From the NCBI GenBank assembly GCA_030684355.1, contig JAUXTN010000093.1, positions 22,894-86,893 of the forward strand: a DNA stretch of 64,000 nucleotides, read 5' to 3'. This stretch comes from Pseudomonadota bacterium (GTDB lineage Bacteria > Myxococcota_A > UBA796 > SXON01). Positions within the stretch are counted from its first letter, which is position 1, and each line of letters begins with the position of its first letter. This document shows positions 45,311 to 54,436 of this stretch, piece after piece. The notes beneath the pieces are model-generated. The model searched no databases and was not told the origin of the DNA. It saw only the letters and a list, made by a program, of their open reading frames with translations. Both the position numbers and the translations under genes were made by a program.

Positions 45311-46906
45311 TCAGTCGGCCCAGAGCGGGATGTGGTTGTTCTGCGCGGGATCCTGGCCGGGGAGCCAGAACGCGGGCCACGAGGGGTCCTCGCCGGCACG
45401 GGCGCGGGTGGGGTCGAACGCGGCGACCCAGATCTGCGGGGCGCCGGCGGTGATCGTGCCGTAGGCGCGCTTCGACGAGAAGGCGAGCCACATCACGCTG
45501 TCGTCGGGGAGGGGGCCCCAGCGCGGCCAGGAGTTGGTGATGCCGTCGGTCTGGTTGGCCGCGGTGAGCGGGACGGCGTCTCCGCCTTCGGCCGAGATGA
45601 CGTAGACGTTGGCGTCGGGATCGTCGTAGGAGTCGCCGGTGGAGACGTTGAAGGCGATCCACTCGCCGTCCGGCGAATACACGGGGTAGTAGGCGTTGTA
45701 CCCGGCGCCGAGCACCGCGGGGTCGTAGACGACGCGCGGGTTGCCGAACACGCCGTCCCCGTGGTGCTCCATCACCGCGATGCGGCCGCCGGTGAACACC
45801 CAGTCCAGGCTCAACGCCGGCGTGAGCACGACCACCACGCTGTCGCCGTCGGGCGACCAGTCCACCTGGGTGGCCTCGCCGTCGACCGGGACCTCCCACA
45901 AGAACGTGCCCGTGGCGGCGTCGTGGAGGAGGAGCGCGCCGTTGAGCGTCGTGAGGAGGTACCGGCCGTCGGGGCTGTAGGTCTTGAAGTTGCCGAGGAG
46001 GGCCGTGCCGTAGGGCACGATGTCGGTGCCGGTCGCCATGTCGCGCACGCCGAGGGCGCCGTTGCCGCCGTCGTAGGTGAAGGCGATGGCGCCGCTCGGG
46101 GAGATGTCGTGGCAGCCGACGCAGTGCCCGGTCGTGGTGGCGGTGAGGTACTCCTCGGCGACGCCGCCGTAGGGCACGCGCAGGAAGCCCGACACCGACG
46201 TGCTCCAGTAGTAGATCGTGCCGTCGCCATCCATGCGGTTGACGTTGAGCGTGCGGCGGGGCTCGCCGAGGACCTCGCCGCCGACGATGGCGGAGAGCTC
46301 GACCTCCAACGTGGCGCCCGCGTTGGCGCCGACGAGGCGCGCCCACGTGGCCTCGTCCGCCGACCAGGACGTGGCGGTGGTGTAGACGGAGAGGTCGGTC
46401 GTCGCCGCCGTGAACCGGAGCCGGTAGGACGACGCGCCGAGGTCGTTCCACTGGAACTGGATGCTCGGCGTGTTCCGCGGGAAGTTGACGCCGTCCTCCG
46501 GGTAGAGCCAGAGGCCGGTGGTCTCGGTGGGGCGCCGATCGAAGCCGCCGGTGGGCGCGCCGTCGACCACGAGCTCCTCGTCGTAGACGACGGTGACGAC
46601 CGCGTTGGCCTCGACGCCGTCGAACCGCGCGGTCACCCAGGTGATGCCGCCGTTGTCGCTCGACGGCGTGAACAGCCCGGTCTCGTCGATGGTGCCGGAC
46701 GTGCGGTTGGACACGGTCCACTCGGCGGCGTCGAGCCGGCCCGACTTCCCGTCCGCGAAGGTCGCGACGACGCCGAACTGGAGGGCCTCCCCGCCGTCGG
46801 GACCGGTGTGGAGCTCGGCCACGTCGGGGTCGACCGCCAAGGCGGTGATCTCGGCGCCGGGCACCTCGGCCTCGTCGCCGGTTTCGGGCGCGCATCCGAA
46901 CAACAC
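45311..46906 (-). CDS. Big_2 domain plus TolB-like beta-propeller protein carrying a CXXCH motif
   Basis: Ig-like N-terminal region (LQFGVVATFADGKSGRLDAAEWTVSN), repeated SPDG propeller blocks (YSPDGRYL, WSPDGDSV, YSPDGEWIAF), and HCVGCHD at codons 261-267. The start is problematic (see findings). Confidence 0.75.
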   Translation of the reverse strand: MLFGCAPETGDEAEVPGAEITALAVDPDVAELHTGPDGGEALQFGVVATFADGKSGRLDAAEWTVSNRTSGTIDETGLFTPSSDNGGITWVTARFDGVEANAVVTVVYDEELVVDGAPTGGFDRRPTETTGLWLYPEDGVNFPRNTPSIQFQWNDLGASSYRLRFTAATTDLSVYTTATSWSADEATWARLVGANAGATLEVELSAIVGGEVLGEPRRTLNVNRMDGDGTIYYWSTSVSGFLRVPYGGVAEEYLTATTTGHCVGCHDISPSGAIAFTYDGGNGALGVRDMATGTDIVPYGTALLGNFKTYSPDGRYLLTTLNGALLLHDAATGTFLWEVPVDGEATQVDWSPDGDSVVVVLTPALSLDWVFTGGRIAVMEHHGDGVFGNPRVVYDPAVLGAGYNAYYPVYSPDGEWIAFNVSTGDSYDDPDANVYVISAEGGDAVPLTAANQTDGITNSWPRWGPLPDDSVMWLAFSSKRAYGTITAGAPQIWVAAFDPTRARAGEDPSWPAFWLPGQDPAQNNHIPLWAD

Positions 46907-46953
46907 GATGAGCAGGATTGCCGCCTCCGTCCGTGGCGCCGTAGTATACGCCC

Positions 46954-47880
46954 GTGCGCCTGCCCTTGTCCCTGCTGGTCCTGCCCCTCGCGAGCCTCGC
47001 GGCCTGCTCCGACCAGGGCTTCGGCTCGCTCACGTTCGACGACACGTTCGTCCAGCCCGACGTCGAGCTCTCGACGGACGTCCTGTTCGTGGTGGACGAC
47101 TCCGCCTCGATGGAGGAGGAGCAGGATCGCCTCGCGTCGAACTTCGGGGCGTTCGTCGAGGTGCTGGCGAGCTCGTACGCGGACTGGCAGGTGGGGGTCG
47201 TGACCACCGACGTCGACGTCGAGGGCGCCGGTGCGCTGCGCGGCGGGCTCCTCACGGCGGACACGCCCGATCTCGACGCCGCCTTTCGCGCGGCGGTCGT
47301 GGCCGGCACGGACGGCTCGCGGGACGAGCAGGGGCTCTCCGCCGCCGTGCTCGCGGTGGACGCCACGCGCAACCCCGGCTTCGTGCGCGCCGGCTCGCGG
47401 TTCAACGTGGTGTTCGTCTCGGACGAGGACGACCACAGCCCCGCCGACGTGCAGACCTACCTGGACCGCCTCGGCGCGGCGGCCGGCGCGGGGTTCGCGG
47501 CCCACGCGCTCGTCGGGGACCTGCCCGCGGGCTGCGCCTCCGGCACCTCCGCCGCCGACCCCGGCGGCCGCTACCTCGACGCCGCGGACGTGACCCTCGG
47601 GTTCGTCGAGTCCATCTGCGCGGACGACTACACCGGGCTCCTCACCCGCGTCGGCCTCGACGTGACGGGCCTCGCCGACACCTTCGCGCTCTCGCGCCTC
47701 CCGTCGGAGGACAGCCTCGAGGTGCGCGTCGAGGACGTGCTGATCCCCGAGCGCGACGAGGACGGGTGGACGTACTCGCTCGGCGACAACGCGATCGTGT
47801 TCCACGGGCGGGCCGTCCCGCGCGCCGGGATGGAGATCGTCGTCACCTACCAGAAGTGGCTGGGGCCGGCGCCGGAGTGA
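46954..47880 (+). CDS. von Willebrand factor type A domain lipoprotein
   Basis: MRLPLSLLVLPLASLAAC lipobox. MIDAS DxSxS in LFVVDDSASM, and later VVFVSDEDD. Confidence 0.85.
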   Translation: MRLPLSLLVLPLASLAACSDQGFGSLTFDDTFVQPDVELSTDVLFVVDDSASMEEEQDRLASNFGAFVEVLASSYADWQVGVVTTDVDVEGAGALRGGLLTADTPDLDAAFRAAVVAGTDGSRDEQGLSAAVLAVDATRNPGFVRAGSRFNVVFVSDEDDHSPADVQTYLDRLGAAAGAGFAAHALVGDLPAGCASGTSAADPGGRYLDAADVTLGFVESICADDYTGLLTRVGLDVTGLADTFALSRLPSEDSLEVRVEDVLIPERDEDGWTYSLGDNAIVFHGRAVPRAGMEIVVTYQKWLGPAPE

Positions 47881-49402
47881 CGAGCCCGCCGGGGAGCGGA
47901 TCGACGAAGAGGACGCGGCTGTCGGGCCGACGCTCGGCCGGGAGGGGCACGACCAGGTCCGCGGTGGGCACCTCGCGGGCGTCGCGACGCGAAGGCCACA
48001 GGTAGAGGTCGGTCCCGACCGGGAAGACGATCGTGCTGCCCACCACCCGAGGCGCGCGCCCGCGCCACCGCTCCCGGGACTTGACCGCCGCCAATTCGCG
48101 GATCTTCACGTCGCGCCCCAGGACCACGAAGCTCGCCCAGTAGCTCGTGACGTGCGCCGCCCACCGCCCGCCGCCCTTCCAGTAGGGGTTGGCGTCGCCG
48201 CGCCGGAACCACGGCTCGACGAGGAACACCTCGCCACGTTCGGGCACCTCCGCGAGGCGGGTCTCCATCGTGGCGAGCGCGGCGTCCATCCGGACGCGGA
48301 AGCGGAGGTCGTCGGCGGGGAGGCCGCGCCAGAGCGGGCTCTGCGCGAGGATCCACGCGGCGAGGGCGAGCGACGGCAGGCGCGCGAGGCGGCTGCGCGG
48401 GAACAGGCCGCCGGGGACGAGGCCCGCGGTCACGAGCAGCACGACGGGGACGGCGAACGGGTAGGCGAGACGATGGAACCAGGTGCCCGTCATGGCGACG
48501 AGGCCGGCGGCGCCGAGGGTCCAGAGCGCGAGGAGGCGCCCGGGAGCCGTGCCGGCGCCGACCAGGAGGTGCCAGAGCGCGAGGGGGACGAGCACGACGA
48601 GCGCCGCGGTCGTGACGAGGGCGGGCGCGGCGTCCGGCGCCCACACGCCGTGCAGGGCCTCCCCGACGACTCCCGCGGACCGCGCGAGGCTCCCCTTGTA
48701 GGTGCTGTAGCCGCCGACCTTCCCGACGATCGCCCACCGCGCGAGGAACACCGCGGCGGTCACGACGAACAGCGGCGCCACGGCGCGAACCCGTCTCGCC
48801 AGGGAGGGTGCCGGCGAAACGGCGGAGGACCACGCCGCGAGCAGCACGACGGGGGCGGCCACGAACCCGGTCTCGTTGGAGAGCAGCCCCGCGGCGAGGG
48901 CGAGGGCGCCGAGCCACGGGCGGCCGCGCAACACCAGCAGCAGCGCGCCGGAGACGCCGACCGCGGCGAGGACGTAGCTGCGCCGCGAGAACCACGGCAC
49001 CACCTGCGCGACGGCGGGGTGCGCCGCGAAGAGCACGGCGGCCACGAGCCCGGACGAGGGTGGCGCCGCGGGGAACAGCGCGCGGAAGAGCGGGACGAGC
49101 AAGACGACGGCGACAAGGTGCAGGAGCACGTCGGTGCCGTGGTAGACGACGGGCTCGAACCCGCCGCCGAGCCACCAGTCGAGCGTGAAGGTGAGCGCGG
49201 GGAGGGGGCGGTAGCCGACGAAGTGGGCGCGGCCGAAGAGCCAGTGGAGCCAGTCGGGGTTGCTGGGCGCGCCCCGGGAGACCCACAGCACGTCGTCCGT
49301 CTCGGTGGGGCGCAGGTGAAGGTCGGTCGCGAACATCCACACCGTCGCGACGGCGAGCGCGAGGACGCAGAGGAGCGTGACGATGCGGTCCCGGCGGGTC
49401 AT
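47843..49402 (-). CDS. GT-C fold membrane glycosyltransferase (PMT/TMTC-like)
   Basis: About 11 TM segments. The first-loop acidic pair TDDV and the GYRPLPALTFTLDWWL block resemble PMT_2/DUF1736-type O-mannosyltransferases. The 3' end overlaps the convergent VWA gene by 38 nt. Confidence 0.7.
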   Translation of the reverse strand: MTRRDRIVTLLCVLALAVATVWMFATDLHLRPTETDDVLWVSRGAPSNPDWLHWLFGRAHFVGYRPLPALTFTLDWWLGGGFEPVVYHGTDVLLHLVAVVLLVPLFRALFPAAPPSSGLVAAVLFAAHPAVAQVVPWFSRRSYVLAAVGVSGALLLVLRGRPWLGALALAAGLLSNETGFVAAPVVLLAAWSSAVSPAPSLARRVRAVAPLFVVTAAVFLARWAIVGKVGGYSTYKGSLARSAGVVGEALHGVWAPDAAPALVTTAALVVLVPLALWHLLVGAGTAPGRLLALWTLGAAGLVAMTGTWFHRLAYPFAVPVVLLVTAGLVPGGLFPRSRLARLPSLALAAWILAQSPLWRGLPADDLRFRVRMDAALATMETRLAEVPERGEVFLVEPWFRRGDANPYWKGGGRWAAHVTSYWASFVVLGRDVKIRELAAVKSRERWRGRAPRVVGSTIVFPVGTDLYLWPSRRDAREVPTADLVVPLPAERRPDSRVLFVDPLPGGLVTPAPAPATSGR

Positions 49403-49541
49403 GCGGCGGCACTGTAGCGGAGCCCGGTTCGAACGGCGCCTCCGCGGACGGTAAGGCCGCCGACGAGCGGCGGAGTCCCGGCATTCGGCGATTGACGCCC
49501 TCCCGCCCCGATGTCACCTTGGCCCACCGTCGGAGATCTGC

Positions 49542-51023
49542 ATGCGCGTGCTCGTCTGCTACCCGCCCATCGAGTCCGCCAAGGGCTCTCCGATGCTCAC
49601 GCAGAACCGCCAATTCCAGTGGTTCCACGACCCGAGCTACCTCTACCCGTGCATCCCCGCATCCGCCGCCACGCTGCTGCAGAGCAACGGCCACGAGGTG
49701 CACTGGGTCGACTGCATCGCCGAGAAGAAGAGCTGGGCGCAGTTCGATCGCATCCTCGAGGACTTCAAGCCCGAGCTCGTCGCGATGGAGACGAAGTCGC
49801 CGGTCGTGAAGATGCACTGGAAGATCGTCAAGCACATCAAGGAGCGCGTGCCCGGCGCCCAGTGCGTGCTCTTCGGGGACCACATCGCCGGCAACCCCAG
49901 CGAGACCCTCGAGGAGAGCGAGACCGACTACTGCATCCAGGGCGGCGACTACGACTTCTCGCTGCAGTCGCTGGTCGACTGGATCACGAAGGGCACCAAG
50001 CCCGGCGGCGGCATCTGGTGGAAGGAGAACGGCACCGTCAAGAACAGCGGGCCCTACACCAACGAGGGCAACCTCGAGGAGCTGCCGTTCTGGGACCGTG
50101 ACCTCACCAACGCCCACCTCTACTTCGAGAAGTGGAAGTACCGCCTGCCGTTCCTCTGGACGATGGCCGGGCGCGACTGCCCGTACGGCAAGTGCACGTT
50201 CTGCTCGTGGACCGTCACGTACCCGAAGTTCCGCACCGTCTCGCCCGAGCGCCTCGCCGACGAGATGGAGATGCTCATCACGCGCCACGGCGCGAAGAAC
50301 ATCTTCGACGACACCGGCGCGCTCCCGACGGGCAACTGGCTGACGCGCCTCTGCCACGAGATGGTCGACCGGAAGATCAACGAGAAGGTCGTCTTCGACT
50401 GCAACTTCCGCTTCGACTACTTCACCGAGAAGAACGTCCACCTGATGAAGAAGGCGGGCTTCCGCAAGCTCATCCTCGGCATCGAGTCGGCCAGCGAGCG
50501 CACGATCGACATCCTCGACAAGTCGCTCACCCGCGAGCAGATCGTCGAGGGCTGCAAGATGGCGTCCGCGGCCGGTTTGCAGCCGCACCTCACGATGATG
50601 GTCGGCTACCCGTGGGAGACGAAGGAGGACGCCTACGAGACGCTCTCCCTCGCCAAGTACCTGATGCACAACGGGTATGCGCACCACCTCCAGGCCACCG
50701 TCGTGATGCCGTACCCCGGCACCCCGCTCTTCGACCTCTGCCAGAAGAACGGCTGGATCCGCTTCGATCCCAAGGAATACGACCGCTACGACATGACCGA
50801 GCCCGCCTGCGTCCTCACGGACATGAACCAGGAGGAGGTCGTGCAGATGGCGGGCCAGTTCTACAAGCTCTACGTGCACCCGAAGTTCCTGATGCACCAG
50901 CTCCGGAACCTCAACTCGATGGACGACCTCGACTACATGACCCGCGGGGTCAAGGCGATCTGGGGCCACATCAAGGACTTCGCGAGCATCCGGCAGGACC
51001 ATGGCGGGATCTCGGCGAAGTGA
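49542..51023 (+). CDS. B12-binding-domain radical SAM protein
   Basis: N-terminal Rossmann-like B12 domain (RVLVCYPP..., PELVAMETKSP). Cys cluster CPYGKCTFC (C213, C218, C221). 493 aa. Confidence 0.85.
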   Translation: MRVLVCYPPIESAKGSPMLTQNRQFQWFHDPSYLYPCIPASAATLLQSNGHEVHWVDCIAEKKSWAQFDRILEDFKPELVAMETKSPVVKMHWKIVKHIKERVPGAQCVLFGDHIAGNPSETLEESETDYCIQGGDYDFSLQSLVDWITKGTKPGGGIWWKENGTVKNSGPYTNEGNLEELPFWDRDLTNAHLYFEKWKYRLPFLWTMAGRDCPYGKCTFCSWTVTYPKFRTVSPERLADEMEMLITRHGAKNIFDDTGALPTGNWLTRLCHEMVDRKINEKVVFDCNFRFDYFTEKNVHLMKKAGFRKLILGIESASERTIDILDKSLTREQIVEGCKMASAAGLQPHLTMMVGYPWETKEDAYETLSLAKYLMHNGYAHHLQATVVMPYPGTPLFDLCQKNGWIRFDPKEYDRYDMTEPACVLTDMNQEEVVQMAGQFYKLYVHPKFLMHQLRNLNSMDDLDYMTRGVKAIWGHIKDFASIRQDHGGISAK

Positions 51024-51078
51024 TTCGGGATGGAGGTCTTGGGGCGGGGGCTCCGCCCCCGCAACGCCCCGGAGGCAC

Positions 51079-51393
51079 GTGACGGGGGGCCGCTCGGCCC
51101 ACGCCATCCTTGTGTGCGGCCTGCTCCTCGCCCCGGCGTGCCTGACCGTCCGCAGCTACCCGGACCACTATGTCGCGGCGGCGCGGGCCCGACTGGCGCG
51201 GTGCCTGCCCGACCGCCCGATGGGGGAGCAGTGGGAGCGGGCAGAACGGGACCAGGCCGAGGTGATGGCCAGGGACCTCACGCCCTTCCAACCCGGCGCC
51301 GCTGCGCTCTGCTTGAAGGAGCTGCGGCAGACCCCGTGCGACGCCGATCCGCCGCGGCAGTGTTTCCCGGGGTTCTTCGAAGAGATCGACTGA
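51079..51393 (+). CDS. small Cys-containing lipoprotein, unknown function
   Basis: The GTG at 51079 gives M-TGGRSAHAILVCGLLLAPAC (lipobox). The ATG at 51001 is an alternative start. Confidence 0.45.
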   Translation: MTGGRSAHAILVCGLLLAPACLTVRSYPDHYVAAARARLARCLPDRPMGEQWERAERDQAEVMARDLTPFQPGAAALCLKELRQTPCDADPPRQCFPGFFEEID

Positions 51394-51541
51394 CCCGCGG
51401 GATAGGCTCGGGCCCGCGACCGAGGTCCCGCTGGTCCTGACCCCGTCCCCACTGACCCCGACGCGCTACGGCCCCGAGGGCCACGCCTGGGCTGTCCCGC
51501 TCGCCGCCGCCGCCTTCGCCGACGATCCGGGCTTCCACTGG

Positions 51542-52039
51542 ATGTTCCCAGACCCGGCGCGGCGTCCGGCCCAGCTCTTGTGGCTCGAGGGGTTCCTCGC
51601 GCGTACGAAGCCCGCGGCGTGCATCCGCGAGCACATCGACCGGCGGGCCCTCGCGATGTGGATCCCGCCCGGCGCCGACGCCGTCACGTCGTTCGCCGCG
51701 GAGGTGCGCGCTGGGATCCTGGGTGCACCGTTCGCGCTCGGCTGGGAAGGGACCGTGCGGGCGCTCAAAGGCGACGCCGCGGCGAAGCGGCGGTTGGAGC
51801 GCGTGCGTTGGCCCGCGTGGTACCTCGACACGTTGGCGGTGGATCCCTCGGCGCAGGGGCAGGGCCTAGGCGGAGAGCTCCTGCGGCACGGCCTCGCGCG
51901 CGCGGGAACCGACCCGGTCGTGCTCTTCACGGTGAAGCCGTCGAACGTCGACTTCTACCGGAAGTTCGGGTTCGAGGTGACCGAGGCGTCGATGCTGGTC
52001 GAGGGCGGACCGCCGGCGTGGACGATGCGACGGCGCTGA
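51542..52039 (+). CDS. GNAT family N-acetyltransferase (N-terminus probably longer than the ATG-defined ORF)
   Basis: YLDTLAVDPSAQGQGLGGELLRHGL is the acetyl-CoA Q/R-x-x-G-x-G/A motif. The upstream in-frame AFADDPGFHW continues the family-typical N-terminal block. Confidence 0.8.
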   Translation: MFPDPARRPAQLLWLEGFLARTKPAACIREHIDRRALAMWIPPGADAVTSFAAEVRAGILGAPFALGWEGTVRALKGDAAAKRRLERVRWPAWYLDTLAVDPSAQGQGLGGELLRHGLARAGTDPVVLFTVKPSNVDFYRKFGFEVTEASMLVEGGPPAWTMRRR

Positions 52040-52194
52040 ACCCCAACCGGCCCCCGAGCGGGCCGGCCGGGGCCCCGGCGCCGTTCGTGCCATCGCCACA
52101 CCTTCGCCTGCCGACCCGTCGGGCGCCCCTCGGGGGCGTCCTTTGGGGTCGGCCTGAACGCCGACCGCTCTACGAACGTGCGATAGTGCGCCGC

Positions 52195-52563
52195 ATGAGC
52201 GTCGTCTCCTCCATCCTCGTCGGCATCGTCGCGCTCCTCCACACGTGGTTCCTCGTCCTGGAGATGTTCCTCTGGGAGAAACCGCTCGGCCGGAAGACCT
52301 TCGGGAACTCGGCCCAGAAGGCCGCGGACACCGCGGTGCTCGCGAAGAACCAGGGGCTCTACAACGGGTTCCTCGTCGCGGGGCTCGCGTGGGGCATCGT
52401 GCTCGCCTCGCAGGGCGCCGCCCACGCGCGCGACGTCGAGACGTTCTTCCTCGCCTGCGTCGTGGTGGCGGGGGCGTACGGCGCCGCGACCGTCTCGCCG
52501 CGCATCTTCCTCATCCAGGGCGTGCCGGCGCTTCTCGCGCTCGCGGCGGTGTGGCTGGCGTAG
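52195..52563 (+). CDS. DUF1304 family membrane protein
   Basis: MSVVSSILVGIVALLHTWFLVLEMFLWEKP... 122 aa, four TM segments. Confidence 0.8.
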   Translation: MSVVSSILVGIVALLHTWFLVLEMFLWEKPLGRKTFGNSAQKAADTAVLAKNQGLYNGFLVAGLAWGIVLASQGAAHARDVETFFLACVVVAGAYGAATVSPRIFLIQGVPALLALAAVWLA

Positions 52564-52579
52564 GCGCGTTCGGGCGGGC

Positions 52580-53389
52580 TCACGCCGCCCGGATCACGTC
52601 TCCCACGACCGTCGTGATCGGGCGGCCCAGCGCGGCGAGGCCCGCGGTGTCTCGAGAAACGTGCGGGCCCTCGCCGAGGACCACGACCCGGTCCAGGGCC
52701 GCGGTGCCGTTCGGCAGCTCCCCCGTGATCGCGAAGGGCGGCCCCAGGCGGCCCGACGCCGCCGCGCGCACCCAGCCCTCGGTGGCGAAGCGATGCGCGA
52801 TCATCGTCATGCGATCCCGTACGCCGAGGCCCGGCCCCACCCCCGACAGGCGCGGCGGCGCCAACGTCACCGCGGCGGCCACCTCGCGCGCCATCGCGCC
52901 CGTGCCGCGGTGGAGCTGGAGGTAGGCGGCGGCCTGGGCGTCGAGCAGGACCCGGCCCGCGCGTCGCGCGTCGCCGTCGTAGCAGGCGGCTTCGCCGACG
53001 GGATCCCAGAGCGCGATCCAGCCCCCGACGGCCTCCGCGAGGCCACGCCCGAGCCGGTCGATCCAGCAGCCCCAGTTCGCGAGCGCGTCGGGATCGAGCC
53101 AGCCCTCGCGCGCGATCTGCCAGTCGGGGAGCGCTCCCGCGTGGGCGACCACCCACACGTCCGCGCCACGCTTCTTCGCGGCGATCACGGCGCGGCGCCA
53201 TCCCACCAGCACCCCGTCGTCGTAGCGGCCGCGCTCCGGCTCGCCGAGCGCCCAGCTCGAGAAGAGCACGAGCGTGCCCGGAGCGGCCTCTTCGGCGCCC
53301 TGGTCCCACCGTCCTCGCCAGACCTTCCCGCCGCGCACGTCCCCGGCCTCCGCGATAGGGCCGCGTATCCCGGAGATGGTGTGGGTCAT
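52580..53389 (-). CDS. short divergent glycoside hydrolase family 1-like protein
   Basis: 269 aa from MTHTISGI. WGCWIDRLGRGLAEAVGGWIALWDPVGEA resembles the GH1 region around T-x-NEP, but reads WDP here. The upstream part of the track ORF is artefact antisense to pfk. Confidence 0.45.
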   Translation of the reverse strand: MTHTISGIRGPIAEAGDVRGGKVWRGRWDQGAEEAAPGTLVLFSSWALGEPERGRYDDGVLVGWRRAVIAAKKRGADVWVVAHAGALPDWQIAREGWLDPDALANWGCWIDRLGRGLAEAVGGWIALWDPVGEAACYDGDARRAGRVLLDAQAAAYLQLHRGTGAMAREVAAAVTLAPPRLSGVGPGLGVRDRMTMIAHRFATEGWVRAAASGRLGPPFAITGELPNGTAALDRVVVLGEGPHVSRDTAGLAALGRPITTVVGDVIRAA

Positions 53390-54427
53390 AGCGTCGGCAT
53401 CCTGACAGGCGGCGGCGATGCGCCGGGTCTCAACGCGGTGATCCGCGCCGTGATCAAGTACGGCGTCGGCCGCAAGGGGTGGCGGCTCCTCGGCATCGAG
53501 GACTCGTTCAACGGGCTCCTCACGAGCCCGCTGCGCATCACGGCGCTGACCCCCGTTGCCTGCAAGGGCCTCCTCCAACGCGGTGGCACCATCCTCGGCA
53601 CCACCAACCGCGGGGACCCCTTCCACTACCCGGGCCAGCAGGGAACCGAGGCGGACCGCTCGGGAGAGGTCGCCGCCGCGATGAAGCGGCTCGGCCTGGA
53701 GGGGCTCATCGTGCTCGGGGGCGACGGCACCCAGCGCATCGTCATGGACCTGGCCTCCCGCCACGGCGTCAAGGCCGTCGGCGTCCCCAAGACCATCGAC
53801 AACGACCTCGGCGCCACCGACCTCACCTTCGGCTTCCAGAGCGCCGTCGACTGCGTCACCGACGCGCTCGACCGCCTCCACACCACCGCCGAGTCGCACG
53901 ACCGCGTGCTCGTCCTCGAGGTGATGGGCCGCGACGCCGGCTGGATCGGCCTCTCCGGCGGCGTGGCGGGCGGGGCGGACGTGATCCTCATCCCGGAGAT
54001 CCCGTGGACGCCGCAGGGCATCGTCCAGAAGATCGAGGAGCGCCGCGCGCTGGGGCGCAACTTCAGCCTGATCATCGTGTCGGAGGGCGCCCGGGTCGAC
54101 GGGAAGGTGCTCGGGGCCGGGAAGGCCGGCAGCTACGTGGCCGAGGCCATCGAGGCCATCCTGCCCGGCATCGACACGCGCGTCATCGTGCTCGGGCACC
54201 TCCAGCGCGGCGGCGGCCCCGACGCCTTCGATCGCGTGCTCGCCACGCGCTTCGGGGTGTGCGCGGTCGACCTCGTGGAGGCTGGCCGCTGGGGCGAGCT
54301 CGTGACCCTCCGCAACGGGAAGGTCGACGGCGTGCCGCTCGAGGAGGCCCGCATCAACCGGAACGTCCACCCCGACGACGAGCTCGTCCGGGCGGCGCGC
54401 GCGGTGGGGATCAGCTTCGGGGACTGA
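53381..54427 (+). CDS. pfkA: ATP-dependent 6-phosphofructokinase
   Basis: The GTG start gives MGHSVGILTGGGDAPGLNAVIRAV. Also LIVLGGDGT, PKTIDNDL, MGRDAGW, LGHLQRGG. Confidence 0.92.
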   Translation: MGHSVGILTGGGDAPGLNAVIRAVIKYGVGRKGWRLLGIEDSFNGLLTSPLRITALTPVACKGLLQRGGTILGTTNRGDPFHYPGQQGTEADRSGEVAAAMKRLGLEGLIVLGGDGTQRIVMDLASRHGVKAVGVPKTIDNDLGATDLTFGFQSAVDCVTDALDRLHTTAESHDRVLVLEVMGRDAGWIGLSGGVAGGADVILIPEIPWTPQGIVQKIEERRALGRNFSLIIVSEGARVDGKVLGAGKAGSYVAEAIEAILPGIDTRVIVLGHLQRGGGPDAFDRVLATRFGVCAVDLVEAGRWGELVTLRNGKVDGVPLEEARINRNVHPDDELVRAARAVGISFGD

Positions 54428-54436
54428 CCGGGGCGG

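Noticed and set aside
49403-49541. Cobalamin riboswitch upstream of the B12-radical-SAM gene, and FMN riboswitch upstream of ribA (60300-60392)
   Set aside because: No B12-box-like sequence is seen in the 139-nt spacer. ribA overlaps the preceding gene, so there is no leader to hold an FMN element.
47847-51107. 1086-aa minus-strand ORF
   Set aside because: It is out of frame with the GT-C gene and antisense to the radical SAM gene. The translation is low-complexity Arg/Pro/Ala. The same reasoning rejects 42583..44730, 45297..47405, 1407..3137, 10859..12907, 17785..19866, 55527..58463, 57656..60550 and similar track entries.
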